From: Microthyrium microscopicum
Taxonomy: Eukaryota
NCBI GenBank assembly: GCA_010405405.1
Contig: MU004242.1
Span: 1,039,769 to 1,103,768, forward strand
Length of the DNA stretch: 64,000 nucleotides
Direction: 5' to 3'
In this document: positions 24,273-35,127 of the stretch, one piece after another
Position numbering within the stretch: position 1 is the stretch's first letter
Layout of the letters: the number at the start of each line of letters is the position of its first letter
Translations under genes and position numbers: made by a program
The notes under the pieces: model-generated
Told to the model about the DNA's origin: nothing
Seen by the model: the letters and a program-made list of their open reading frames with translations, nothing else
Database searches by the model: none

Positions 24273-25354
24273 TAATCAGCTGCTTGTAATGGATTCCGTA
24301 CAGGTCGACGACTACTCACAGCAATGGTACATGTATGAAGATTCGTTGCCCATTTTCCGACCCCATACAATTTCGCTGACGTCGGAAAATGTCCGTGCGC
24401 AAAACCCACCCGGCTCTAACTTCGCGACATTGTTTCCCAACACTATCCTTTTGTTATACCCAACTACCTATCCGTTGTGATATCGCCAATTGCACGAGCC
24501 CTCGGCCGATGCCGCCTCTCTATCACATAGTACAAGCCAACGGCCCCGTTTTTGTCCTCTCTAACGGTCTTCTCGCCACGCGCTGCACTCGGCTGCCGCC
24601 CTCTTGCCCAGTATTCCGTTCAGGCGATGCCAACACATCACTACGAGGATGAAGATGCTTCTAGTCCTGCACTCACCTCCCTTGATCCATGTACCTTGTG
24701 CATCGCTCATTTCTCCTTCCGCGCTTACCCTTTGCTGTATGCCTGCGTTCATCTGCCGCCCTGGTCTGCCATGGCGTAGTCGCACACTGTCTGCATTGTC
24801 GTCGACGTTCTTGCCAAACCACGACTTTTTTTTCTTTGCGCGCCGGCTCGGCAATATCCTGCCATTGTGTCCTGGCTCAGTATGTGCTGTAGATGCACCT
24901 AGCAATCTAGCCCTGAAGTTTATGCCAATCGCTGAGTAGTACCATGGCATCCTGGCGCTGGCCTCCGTTGTCGAGGCCCACGCAAGTCGAGTCTCTCAAG
25001 GACACTCTTTCCTAATCCGGACGAGATGCTCACCGGATGATTGCTTCCATTGACAACATTGGATATCGCCGCCCATGATACTGCTTCTGTGCGAGCGGGG
25101 TCGACATGATTGCATGCGACAAGATGGATATCATGCTCTATTCTTTCCCGTGATATCTTGTCGCCGGCAGGGGGGTCTATGGGTATAAAAAGGTGCGAAA
25201 TCAGAGGTTTGATTCATCTTTCTCTTTCTTTCTTTATTAATTGTCTTTCAAAAGTCATTACCAGCTTCTCTACTGATCTACTACTTCACTGCTTATCCAT
25301 TGACCCACTATCAAGCAAGTAACTCTCAATATACACAAGTAACATCCAAACATC

Positions 25355-26018
25355 ATGTCTTCCTCCCAAGCTTACAACGGGTACTATCCAACACAACCCA
25401 TTGCCATGCCTCAGAAGCAGCAACAGCAACACTACTACCCCTATCCTCAGGTACCTTACTCTGTTTCTCCCCCAGAGGTTTCCGACAGTGGCACTTCCGG
25501 TGGTCCATCCTACGACCCCACCGCTACAGCCAGCAGCTATGCTGCTAGCGCAAGCGACTATGAAGGCACAACATCCACTTCCAGCGTGGACCTGCTCGAA
25601 TTCATGCACGACCGTCTTCAAAATGCTTACCAGCCAATGCAAATGGACCAAAGTCTAGTGCAACAAACACAAGCGTGAGTCGTCCACCGTTTTCTTGCAA
25701 TTTCACAGAAAAACTAACGTAATTCAGATCCGGTGAAATGAACGCGAAAACGCGCCAATTGATGGAATTGCAAGCACTTGCAGCACAACGCTTCGCAGCC
25801 ATGCAGGCCCAATTTACCGAGGGTCTAAAAACCGCCAAAGAAGTCGAGCGCGATCTCGCCTGGACGCAAAAGAAAGTCACGTAAGTTCTCTCCCCCTCAC
25901 AAAGACCACCCCATATTCTAATAAAAATCCCAGTCAACTGAACAACCGCGCCGCAAAGAAATACGCCAAAGAATATGCCCGCGCTCAAGAACGCTACCCA
26001 GCACCCATGGAAGCTTAG
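25355..26018 (+). CDS. KXD1: KxDL-domain protein, BLOC-1/BORC subunit KXD1-like (exons 25355-25674, 25728-25880, 25934-26018)
   Basis: Spliced C-terminus 'SGEMNAKTRQLMELQALAAQRFAAMQAQFTEGLKTAKEVERDLAWTQKKVTQLNNRAAKKYAKEY' fits KxDL. TATA box at ~25183. Confidence 0.8.
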
Positions 26019-28006
26019 GCTTCACATTTACCAGCAACTCCAAGAACCTTCAAGCGACGTTCTCGTTCGCATTTCATTTTCTTGTCATTATTTCCTCACT
26101 TTCTTATCCCGCAAAATATTCCCCACTGGCGTTTCTGATTTTACTTGAGAGCGTAGTCGAAAGAGCAAGTGTCGTTGTTGTTGAGAGAAGGAAAAAGCAA
26201 CCCCTGTCATGCCCCTGCATTTTTGTTTCCCCAGATCGCTTCTACGGGCCGGCCCGCCTCACAGGGCTTAGGTGCCAGATGTGCGATGGCTGCACGGCAG
26301 TTGGCGAACGATCGCTATGTCGCGCAGACGCTGACGAGGCTAGTTCGCGGCAGTCGGCTGGGTTTGCGCGTTTTCTTCCGAGGAGCAGAGTGGACCGGGT
26401 GCTTGGGACCGCGCTTGCTAGCTGAGCAGCAGCGCGCAGACGCGTTGTTGTTGGACGTGGCGTGTTTTCGCGCAGCCTGGTGAATGTTTGCGAGAAAAGA
26501 GAGTAGAGAGGACGCAGGTCGCATTAGGGAGCTCGTTGGTGGCCATTAGGGAGGACAGCGGCAGTGAGACAGTGAGGCAGCGAATGAGACGGCGAGGGAG
26601 TGAGAGAATAGTGTGTTTTGATATGCTGGTGGTGCTTTAGGGAGTCTTTGGGTTTCTTGTCAGCATAGCTGCATGGCTTTCACGTAGATACGAGTGTAAT
26701 GAATTAACGACACATCCTATCATCCATGTACCGAGCTGTAGACCCGACGGACGCGTGAGCTTGCATTTTGTTTTAACTGCATTAGGCTGACGAGTGTGAT
26801 TCGGCAGTGATGTGTGCATGTCGGGGGGTGTAGTGGATGATCGGGGTGGGTGTGTGGTATGGATAGGTTATCAAAATGGGACGGGTGGTGTTGGTGATGC
26901 GAGCCTTTTGAACGGCGGTTAGTTGGATCAAGTTGTGGCGGTCATGTTGTACATTTGAACTAATTTTTTGATTGGACGATTGCTTGCTATATAATATTTC
27001 CTGCCTTATGCAAAAGCCAAATCTAAATTGTCAAGCGATAGTCTGCTCACAGGTTTGAAGACTCAACTCCACAGACACAGATCATGAAAACTGTCAGATT
27101 CTATTTCCTATATCAACCACTAGAAGAGCTCCCGTGTCGCAAGCATTATGATCTTGTCAACTGAGACTCAATTGGTTAAAAATGTGTTAATTCTCTGAGC
27201 ATACCTGTTTGAAATCTTGAGATATAAATCGACCGAGAGCCAGCATTTATCAATAAGCAATTAATTTCTTGCCTTCAAGAGAAGTTAATCACTACTATAT
27301 ACGCTGAATAACATGTATGAGTCAATGTGTACTAGCAACCTGTTGAAATAACGTTGGAACATTCTTGGTCGAGGCTCGAGGATGCAGTATATATTTAGTT
27401 CCAGATGATTTTGATAATATCTGCCAGTAGAGTGATTGTTCCTGCGGCCCTCGAAGTGCTTTCAGTGTAGCCTCGACTAACCTAATTCGCTCTTTCGTTA
27501 CAAGAGGAGCAAGGCGAGCAATTGGACAGGTCGCAGGTTCAAATCTACTGGGGAGATAAAAAATTGTGGAATTCACGGCCCGCTCCCGAAATCTAAATTG
27601 CCCTTAGATGGGCCGGCAAGGGTGTTCGGATGAGAAACAATTTTTTTGTCTTTTGGTTTTGGGATTTGATATGCTTTTTGCTTGGTTGCGAGAGTGTTTG
27701 TTGTTTGTTGTTGTTGGCTGGTTCCAAAGTTGGGAGTGTTGCTGCTATCGTGAGCTCATTCAATCAGGTTGATGTCAGGTTTTATATCAGTTTTTAAGCT
27801 CATAGCTTTTTAGCTTACTCAAATGAACACAGTGATATTTTTTTGTCTGGTTTTCTGACTACATACCCTTCAAACATTGCTTGCTCTTGCTAACTTCAAA
27901 ATTTCAAAAACATGCATGAGCCGACAATGAAGGTTCCAGTACATATCGCTCTCGCCACAAAGTCACTGAACAGCGATTGTCGTATACATCCCATATTATC
28001 TTGTCT

Positions 28007-30693
28007 TCAATTGTAAAATTCGGAATCTTTCCCTCGGTATGCTTTATGCCATTCATAGCATACATCACCTGGCTGTCCGTAGCTTTCGTGTCTCTGTAGG
28101 TCGCATTCAATGCAGCCGTTACACTTCAATCATTAGCAAAACTTTCCAAGTTGGGGGAAGATCGATATATACCTGTGGGCAGAGCTTTTGTCTGACACAA
28201 GCCAAGTACGCGGGTGTTTCTTGTACACAACGGTCTGGATGGAACCCTGATACGGTATGGCCAGCCATTGTATCATTGAAAATTACAAGAGGTTTCTAGG
28301 TCGCCAGTCAGTAACTTGAAAGCTTATAGGGCTGCTTTCGTGAGCTAGATTGCGGTGCCTAGGCTTGCTTGAACGTACTTTGCATGCAGTCTTCATCTGG
28401 GTATCGCATGCATCGGTGCAATTTGGGCCCCATTTTGGAGCTGGCCACTCCTCCAACTTTTCGTAACTCGACTGAGTTGGAATCACGTCTCGCTGTTGCT
28501 CCTTGGTCGCTATTATTAAATTAGAGCGCCTGTCGTATTCATGCTCCGCACTTTCTGGCTTAGCGCTTGGTGGTAGTATATCTTTAAACAACGCAAAGTC
28601 GGTAGCCCACTGATTACAAACCTCACTGGTCGTATGTAAGGTTACATTGTCCTTCCTGTGACATTCGAGGCAGGAATCACACTTCATACAAGCATTAGCA
28701 AGCGCATCTCTTCGTAAGACAAGAGAGACATACTTGGGAACAGAGATGTTGTCGGACACAGGCTAAGTACGCTGGCGCTTCCTTCTCGCAAATGTCTTGA
28801 TGGAATGCTGCATTGGGACGCTGAGAGATAACTCGAGGTTTCTACACAATGGTTAGCGTATCATATTTGGTGTAGTATTACCGTTAGCATGGACTGCTTC
28901 ATCGCGTTCTTACCTCGCAGCTAGTCTGCATCTTTGTGTCACAGGTAGTGGTGCAGTTGAGATACGAGATCGATCTTGGAGGTGCCGAGAGCAACTCTGT
29001 GTGATTCGAAGCTGGGCTATGTGTCGCGTTGCCCGGCTTTGATAGCTCTACCTCTGATATGTTCGAACGTTTTCGGTGCGCCTGCGTGTTAGCATCTAGC
29101 TGCCATATAGAACATAGTCCATGCGGTCCTTCGACAATCATACCGTCATCGCATTCACTACAGCCGTGGCACTGTATCGCAGTGGGTTAGTAAGTCTCTC
29201 TCGCCTTTGAGAACCCATTAAGATCATACCTGGGGACAAAACTTTGGTTTGACACAGTCCAGATAAGGTCTTGCTTTTGGCTCGCAATCTCTCGAACTCT
29301 TGAAAGGCTGGACGACTGGTTTCTGTATCCCTGTTTAGTAAACTGAAAGCGGGTTGGTATTGGGAGGCGTGGCTATATCAGTTGGCGTACGTACATTGCA
29401 GGTCTGCATTTTCTTTGCACATTCATCAGAGCAGACTGGTTTCTTCCCGGGTGGAGGATGAGTATCCACCATCATGGGCAGGGGGTTTGGTGCTGGACTA
29501 CGTGCCACATTTTTTGGCTTGTCCGGTAACAGCTTTGCTGAAATAACGTATTTGGTCGAACTGACATTCTGAGACGACTCGTCCTCTTCACACGACTCAT
29601 CGTCCTCGTTACCTGGTTGTTGAATTTCTTTAGCAGCAGCTTGCTCATTTCGAACGATATGTCTATTCGGAACCTCTCTCTTCTCTGCGTCTGAATTATA
29701 ATATTGCGCATCATTTTCTGGATTCCTTCGAGGAATATGACGCCACGGAGCGGAGTCCCTCTTCCCTGGCACTGATGATTCCCGTGGTGGAGCAATCGAA
29801 AGCTTGATACCCGGCGAGTGATCCTTACCGATATCAACAGCACGATGATCAGATCGCTTTTGTGGCTTGGCTTTGTGACCTCCCATAGGAGCTCGATGAG
29901 GTGGTGCTTTGGTAGTCGTAGTCTTCTTCTTTGCAGCCCGGGGTCGAGCAGCTAGTTTGGCTAATGGTGGCGTCGTATCTGTAGTCACTGATTCCATGTT
30001 TGGAGCTGATGGAGGAGCACGCTTCTCAACGAGCGGAAAACCCTTTACAGCAAAACTCGTTGGAACTGGCACACGTTTGACCTTCTTTCCTGCCGGCGGA
30101 GGCGCTGCCGAGGATGGTACAGCCTGTGTGGAAGGCGCATCCGCTGGTGCAGGTGACGACGGTGCAGCCTCTGTTGGAGCAGGCGTTGGTGGTGTAGCCG
30201 GTGCTGGAGCACCAGACGACACACCCCCTGGAGAAGCGGCCGAGCCAGCATCCGTAGCAGACGCTGCGGGAGCGCCTGTAGCACCTGCATCGCCCGATGA
30301 GCCAGCAGAGGAGACAGCAGGAGTCCCTTGAGCTTCCGGAGCAGGTGGGACGGTGGCAGGCTGAGAGATGGAAACGCCTTGGGCGTCACCTGGCAGTGGA
30401 ACATCTGCAGGTTGTTGGCCTGGGTCTCCAAGGGCCTCGGCAGGTTGATCGAGACCTGGAGCGAAAGGGGCGGCAGTGGCGATAGAGACGCCTCCGCCGG
30501 GATAGATGTTGACGTTGACTTCGAGATAATTGGCTGGAGGATTGGCAGCTGGAACAGGCGCATAATTGGAGATGGGTAGATCAGTGTTGCCGGCAGCAGC
30601 TGGTACTGCTGCGTCAGTGGGAGCGGGCGTACCAGCGATAGCAGGATGGGTGCGAAGGAGGAGAGCGAATAGTAAAAGACCGTGTGTTATCAT
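28007..30693 (-). CDS. Secreted ~766-aa precursor: signal peptide, Pro/Ala-rich region, multiple KR sites, three tandem 10-Cys modules (exons 30693-29395, 29322-29230, 29171-28914, 28841-28734, 28681-28379, 28295-28173, 28123-28007)
   Basis: Signal MITHGLLLFALLLRTHPAIAG. Six phase-0 GT-AG introns produce an open frame with three homologous Cys modules. Confidence 0.85.
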
Positions 30694-31481
30694 GATCGTG
30701 GTGATGGTGGAGATTGTACGGCCTGCGTTCAAGTTGTCATGATGGATGTAAAGATCCTGAAGGATGGACGACTTATTTGTAGTAGGCAGCTCAAATGTGC
30801 GATCAGGACATATGGGCCGGGCAATGCCGTTGGTACTGGTGTTTGGATGTTAAGCGCTTGTTGAGCGTTCGTTCGCAGGAGCGTATGGTGGTTTCTGGAC
30901 GTGTCCAATCACTGCTGTGTTGTTCGAGATGGCAAAGCCTGCCGTCGGACGCGTTGGCTCTACAGGAAGAGGGAATGAGCAAGCGAGACTTGAGTGTTTG
31001 TTCACTCCTGGCGTCCAACGAGCGATGTTGGTTTTGAGTGAGGACGTGGGTGATCGACTCGTTTGTACTATTCACAAGTGAACAGGTTGTGAGTTCATTA
31101 AGTGTTGGCAGTCCTCGGATACAATTAGATCTGTAGTTGGACTTCCCGGCAGTGTGAACAGCACGATCCGTTAGTATGCATGGGGCCTCTCATTGGAGAA
31201 AACTGGCCACTGATCAGTTCAATGGACAGACTGTATCGATTCATATTTGGGGCGATCGCATGCTGATTACGACGACACAGAGCACACCGATTATTTTGTT
31301 ATTAGCTGTAGCTTACGGAGTAGGTGGGATTAACCTTGATTAATATTTTTGGATCTGTATGGTCATGCCGTTTCAATCTTCCAAGTCGTGAAGAGCAATG
31401 GTATATCCACCCAAAAACGCCAGTACATCAGCATCAACAATGCATGAAAACAAATCCAGAACACTGACATCAACGCAATTC

Positions 31482-33514
31482 CTAAGCATCTGGTTTAGTG
31501 TTACTCATGACTTTGGCGGCATTGATAGCGCTCATTTTCTGGTTCCAGGCTGGAGCCGGATTGACGCGACGAACAACTCGACTATCATCAGAAGCAAATC
31601 CAGGGATGCGAATATTGTAGTTTCGCTCAAGAACTTGCTGAATATCGCGTATTTCTAGAGTCGCATCGTTACGGAGTTTGGCCAATCTACAGGCAGCAGA
31701 AATGACATTGTCGACGAACTCATCAGCGACTTCCATGCAGACCTATATCAATTAGTATTGATTACCATAACAACGGACAGCAACCATACCTCTTCAACTT
31801 CAGGGGTCAAGTTCTCAGTGCCTCCAGTCACTTGGCGAACAAGTTCATCTAGCTTCTTTCGGCTCAGGACGTGACCATTAGCATCGCCATCCATTACAAA
31901 CTGAGACTGCTTCGCGATGATCGGCTGGTTGGATGCGCCGCCAGCCATGCCAGTGGGACGAGGAGGGCCAACTGAGACAGGAACCGGTGGAGCCATAGCA
32001 CTGGGAGGAAGTTGCTTTGATATTGGAAATTTCTGCTGAGCATGATTATCGCTATGGGGTCGGGTAGCAGCATTAAAAGCACTTGGATGCGACATGTTTT
32101 GAACTTGAACTGGTTGTTGTTGCTGTTGTGGTTGTTGGTTTCGTGCAGCATTTAAAGCAGCCGAAGCAGCGGCATGAGTGAAGGGTTGAGGAGGTTGTGT
32201 TGCAGTTGCAGATCCTGGAGTGTTAGGTGCTTGCTGTTGCTGTTGCTGTTGTTGTAATTGTAGTGAAGCAGCTGCTGATGATTGTTGAGGTTGAGGTTGC
32301 GGTTGCGACTGCTGACCTTGGCCTGGCGCTCCTGCCTGTTGCCCGGTCGCACCTACCTGTCCTGGCTGTGGCCGCTGTCCATTCAAATTGGCAGGAGCAC
32401 CTGGGTTAGGGCCTTGACGTCCCATTTGGCCCATCGAGGTTGGCGCCTGTCCAGATGCTGATTGTGGCATTGTAGCTGATACTGGGCTAGCCGACTGTCG
32501 TGCAGTCGCCATAGCATTTGCGCGAGCTGCATCAATTGCTGGCCGCTGTGCACTACCGGTCTGAGCCATATTAGATTGTTGGCCCTGCTGACCCTGCTGA
32601 CCCTGCTGGCCTTGTTGACCATGCTGTCCAGGTAATGTCAATTTGAATCCTGCAGCAGAAGCTGATACCGGCGTCGATGGTGTTGCGGCCGATTCAGGCC
32701 TGATATTAGATGGCGCGCCTTTGGCATCTTGGAGAGATTGTTCTCTTGCCTGGGCCTGAGCCTTTCGAAATTGGTCAACCTTTGCTCGCACTTGAGTATG
32801 TTGCTGCGAATTCAGCAGTTTCTGTTGCATCAGTTGCGCCGGAGGATTCTGCCCATTGGCCTTGAATTTCGCTTCTTGCTCAGTTATGCCCTTGATGATA
32901 GCAGACGTACGCTCCATGATCACCAGGGAATTCATATACTGGTCTCTCGCAGTCTTCAACCATAATTCACCCTCAGGAGTCCCTTTAGGCTTGTCTGGAG
33001 GGTTTGTGAATGCAAAGTTCTGAACATGCCGTAGAATATCAGCACTGGGTTGTTGTTTTTGCGCTGCTTGATTGGGCTGATTCGGGCGCACTTGCTGGCC
33101 CATTTGTCCCTGCATCTGCTGCTGCTGGTTTCGAGCCTGTGCCTGGGCTTGAGCCTGAGCTTGAGCCTGCTGTTGTGATCGAGCCTGAGCTTGTGCTTGA
33201 GCTTGAGCTTGAGCCTGTTGTTGGGCTTGCATTTGCTGCATTGGATTTTGTGCTTGTTGTGGTTGGCCTTGCTGCTGTTGCTGGGTTTTTTGGTTCTGTT
33301 GGATCCGCTGATAATGGCCCCTTACATTTGCGGTCAGGCCCTGCAGCTTTTTTAACGCGTCACGATAGGTATCAGTCTCTGGTGACTGGGATTGAAGAAT
33401 AGCCCAGCACTGTTCCGTGGCCGACATGAGCTTAGCCTTGACTTCTGGATCTATACCAGGTATTCTGTTGATGTGGTCTTGACGAACCAAGTTCGCGGTT
33501 GCTGGGGTGCTCAT
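31482..33514 (-). CDS. TAF12: TFIID/SAGA subunit Taf12 (exons 33514-31790, 31742-31482)
   Basis: Q/QA-rich N-terminus and histone fold '[14 protein letters not shown]...[28 protein letters not shown]...[17 protein letters not shown]'. Confidence 0.95.
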
Positions 33515-34032
33515 GGTGATCTTGCGGCGACAGACCAAATGTAAGTGTTGTTAAGGATGTGATGTGAGATCGAAAAAGGGAAGCGAGAGGGGTCGGTGAT
33601 GGTGATGTCAAATGGATAGTATTATATCTTGATGTCATGAAACGGGCAGAAGCCTGGGAACTGGAGGCCCGACGGCGACCTGCACCGTGACCAGGAAGAA
33701 ATGTAGATTGCAACTCTAGCGAGCTGGTAGAGAAAGTCAATATAGTTAGCTAGATGGTTGAAATGGCACGATCAGAATTGAGAGGATGTGATTAGGCTGG
33801 ATGAGAAGAGACAGGACATTTAGATGCATGAAGTTGAGTCTAAGCGTACCCCAAACGCGAACATGGAGAGGCGGGCAGATCATCCATTGATTGGTTGCGA
33901 AGTAGAGACCGAAGCTATTCCGCTACTATCGCCGTCAGAATTTTTAAGTCCGCCATGCCATTCAACTTTTTTTTATGCAGTTGAGGAATCTTTTTTGCTC
34001 TACCTAGGTAGACTCACACATCAACCAGAAAC

Positions 34033-35127
34033 ATGTCGCGACCACTCGAAAAATCCATTCCTACGCTCTTGGCGAATCTTACTCAGTCGCTCGAGTCTGC
34101 TGTTGAAGCTGCTCCCGCCAAGGCTGGTGTTCTTCCACCCGCTGAAGATCTCTCACTTCTAACCACCAAAAACGAGATTTTCTTGTCCTATATCCAAAAT
34201 CTCGTATTTCTCATTGTTGTCAAGCTTCGCCATACATCTCTGCAGTGGAATGGCGATGAAAATCTGGAGGAGACCGCCAAATTGAACACAGAAGTGGTAG
34301 AAAAGCTAGCCGAATTGCGACTTTACCTCGAAAAAGGAATCAAACCCCTGGAAGGTAAATTGAAATACCAGATCGACAAGGTTATTCGAGCAGCAGAAGA
34401 TGCCTCCCGCCCACAAGCTACCAATGGTTCTGCGAAAATTGGCTCTTCCAAAGTGAAGGGCGGGAAGCCTGTCCGAAGCACACGAAGAGATGCTGATTTT
34501 AGTGGTTCTGATGCTAGCGGTGGAGGATCAGGCAATGACAGCGATGATTCCGAGGACATGGAGGACCTCTATGCAGCACCAAATCAAAACGCACTTCTAA
34601 GAGCTGGGACTGAAGACAAGAAGGAGAGCCAACGCAAAGATGGAATATATCGACCTCCCAAAATTACTCCTACATCTCTACCAGTCACATTTGGCAAGGA
34701 AGCCAAGGCTGAACGAAAGCCAAAGAAGGCCGCAGCTCTCGATGAGTTTATTGCAACTGAGCTCTCTTCGGCGCCTATGGCGGAGCCCAGTATTGGCAGC
34801 ACCATCCGGTCGGGTGGTCGACATACATTGTCACAGCGAGAACGAGAGCAAGAAGCTGAGCGCCGAAAATATGAAGAAGAGAACTTTACTCGACTACCAA
34901 AGCCAAGCAAAACTGACCGAGCACAAAGCAAGCGCAGTCACAACACCTTTGGTGGAGAAGAGTGGCGTAACCTGGGACAAGGCTTGGATCGAATTGAGAA
35001 ATTGACCAAAAGAAGCTCCAATTCTGCGAATCTGTTGGCTAGAAGCAGAAAGAGAGAAGTTCAGGACGGACCTCGAGACTCTGGTCAGCAACCTGGCTCA
35101 ACTTTTGCAAAGCGACGAAAGACTTAA
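34033..35127 (+). CDS. LCP5: U3 snoRNP protein Lcp5/neuroguidin (Sas10/Utp3/C1D domain)
   Basis: 'SLLTTKNEIFLSYIQNL', 'LAELRLYLEKGIKPLEGKLKYQIDK', 'GIYRPPKI', 'YEEENFTRLP'. Confidence 0.9.
   Translation: MSRPLEKSIPTLLANLTQSLESAVEAAPAKAGVLPPAEDLSLLTTKNEIFLSYIQNLVFLIVVKLRHTSLQWNGDENLEETAKLNTEVVEKLAELRLYLEKGIKPLEGKLKYQIDKVIRAAEDASRPQATNGSAKIGSSKVKGGKPVRSTRRDADFSGSDASGGGSGNDSDDSEDMEDLYAAPNQNALLRAGTEDKKESQRKDGIYRPPKITPTSLPVTFGKEAKAERKPKKAAALDEFIATELSSAPMAEPSIGSTIRSGGRHTLSQREREQEAERRKYEEENFTRLPKPSKTDRAQSKRSHNTFGGEEWRNLGQGLDRIEKLTKRSSNSANLLARSRKREVQDGPRDSGQQPGSTFAKRRKT

Noticed and set aside
27580..27910. T-rich tract as a possible Helitron or other TE end
   Set aside because: No convincing terminal hairpin plus CTRR end and no TIR; more simply the 3' UTR or terminator region of the Cys-module gene.
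28007..30693. Dikaritin/ustiloxin-type RiPP cluster
   Set aside because: No near-identical core peptide repeats, and no DUF3328, tyrosinase or other tailoring gene recognised nearby.
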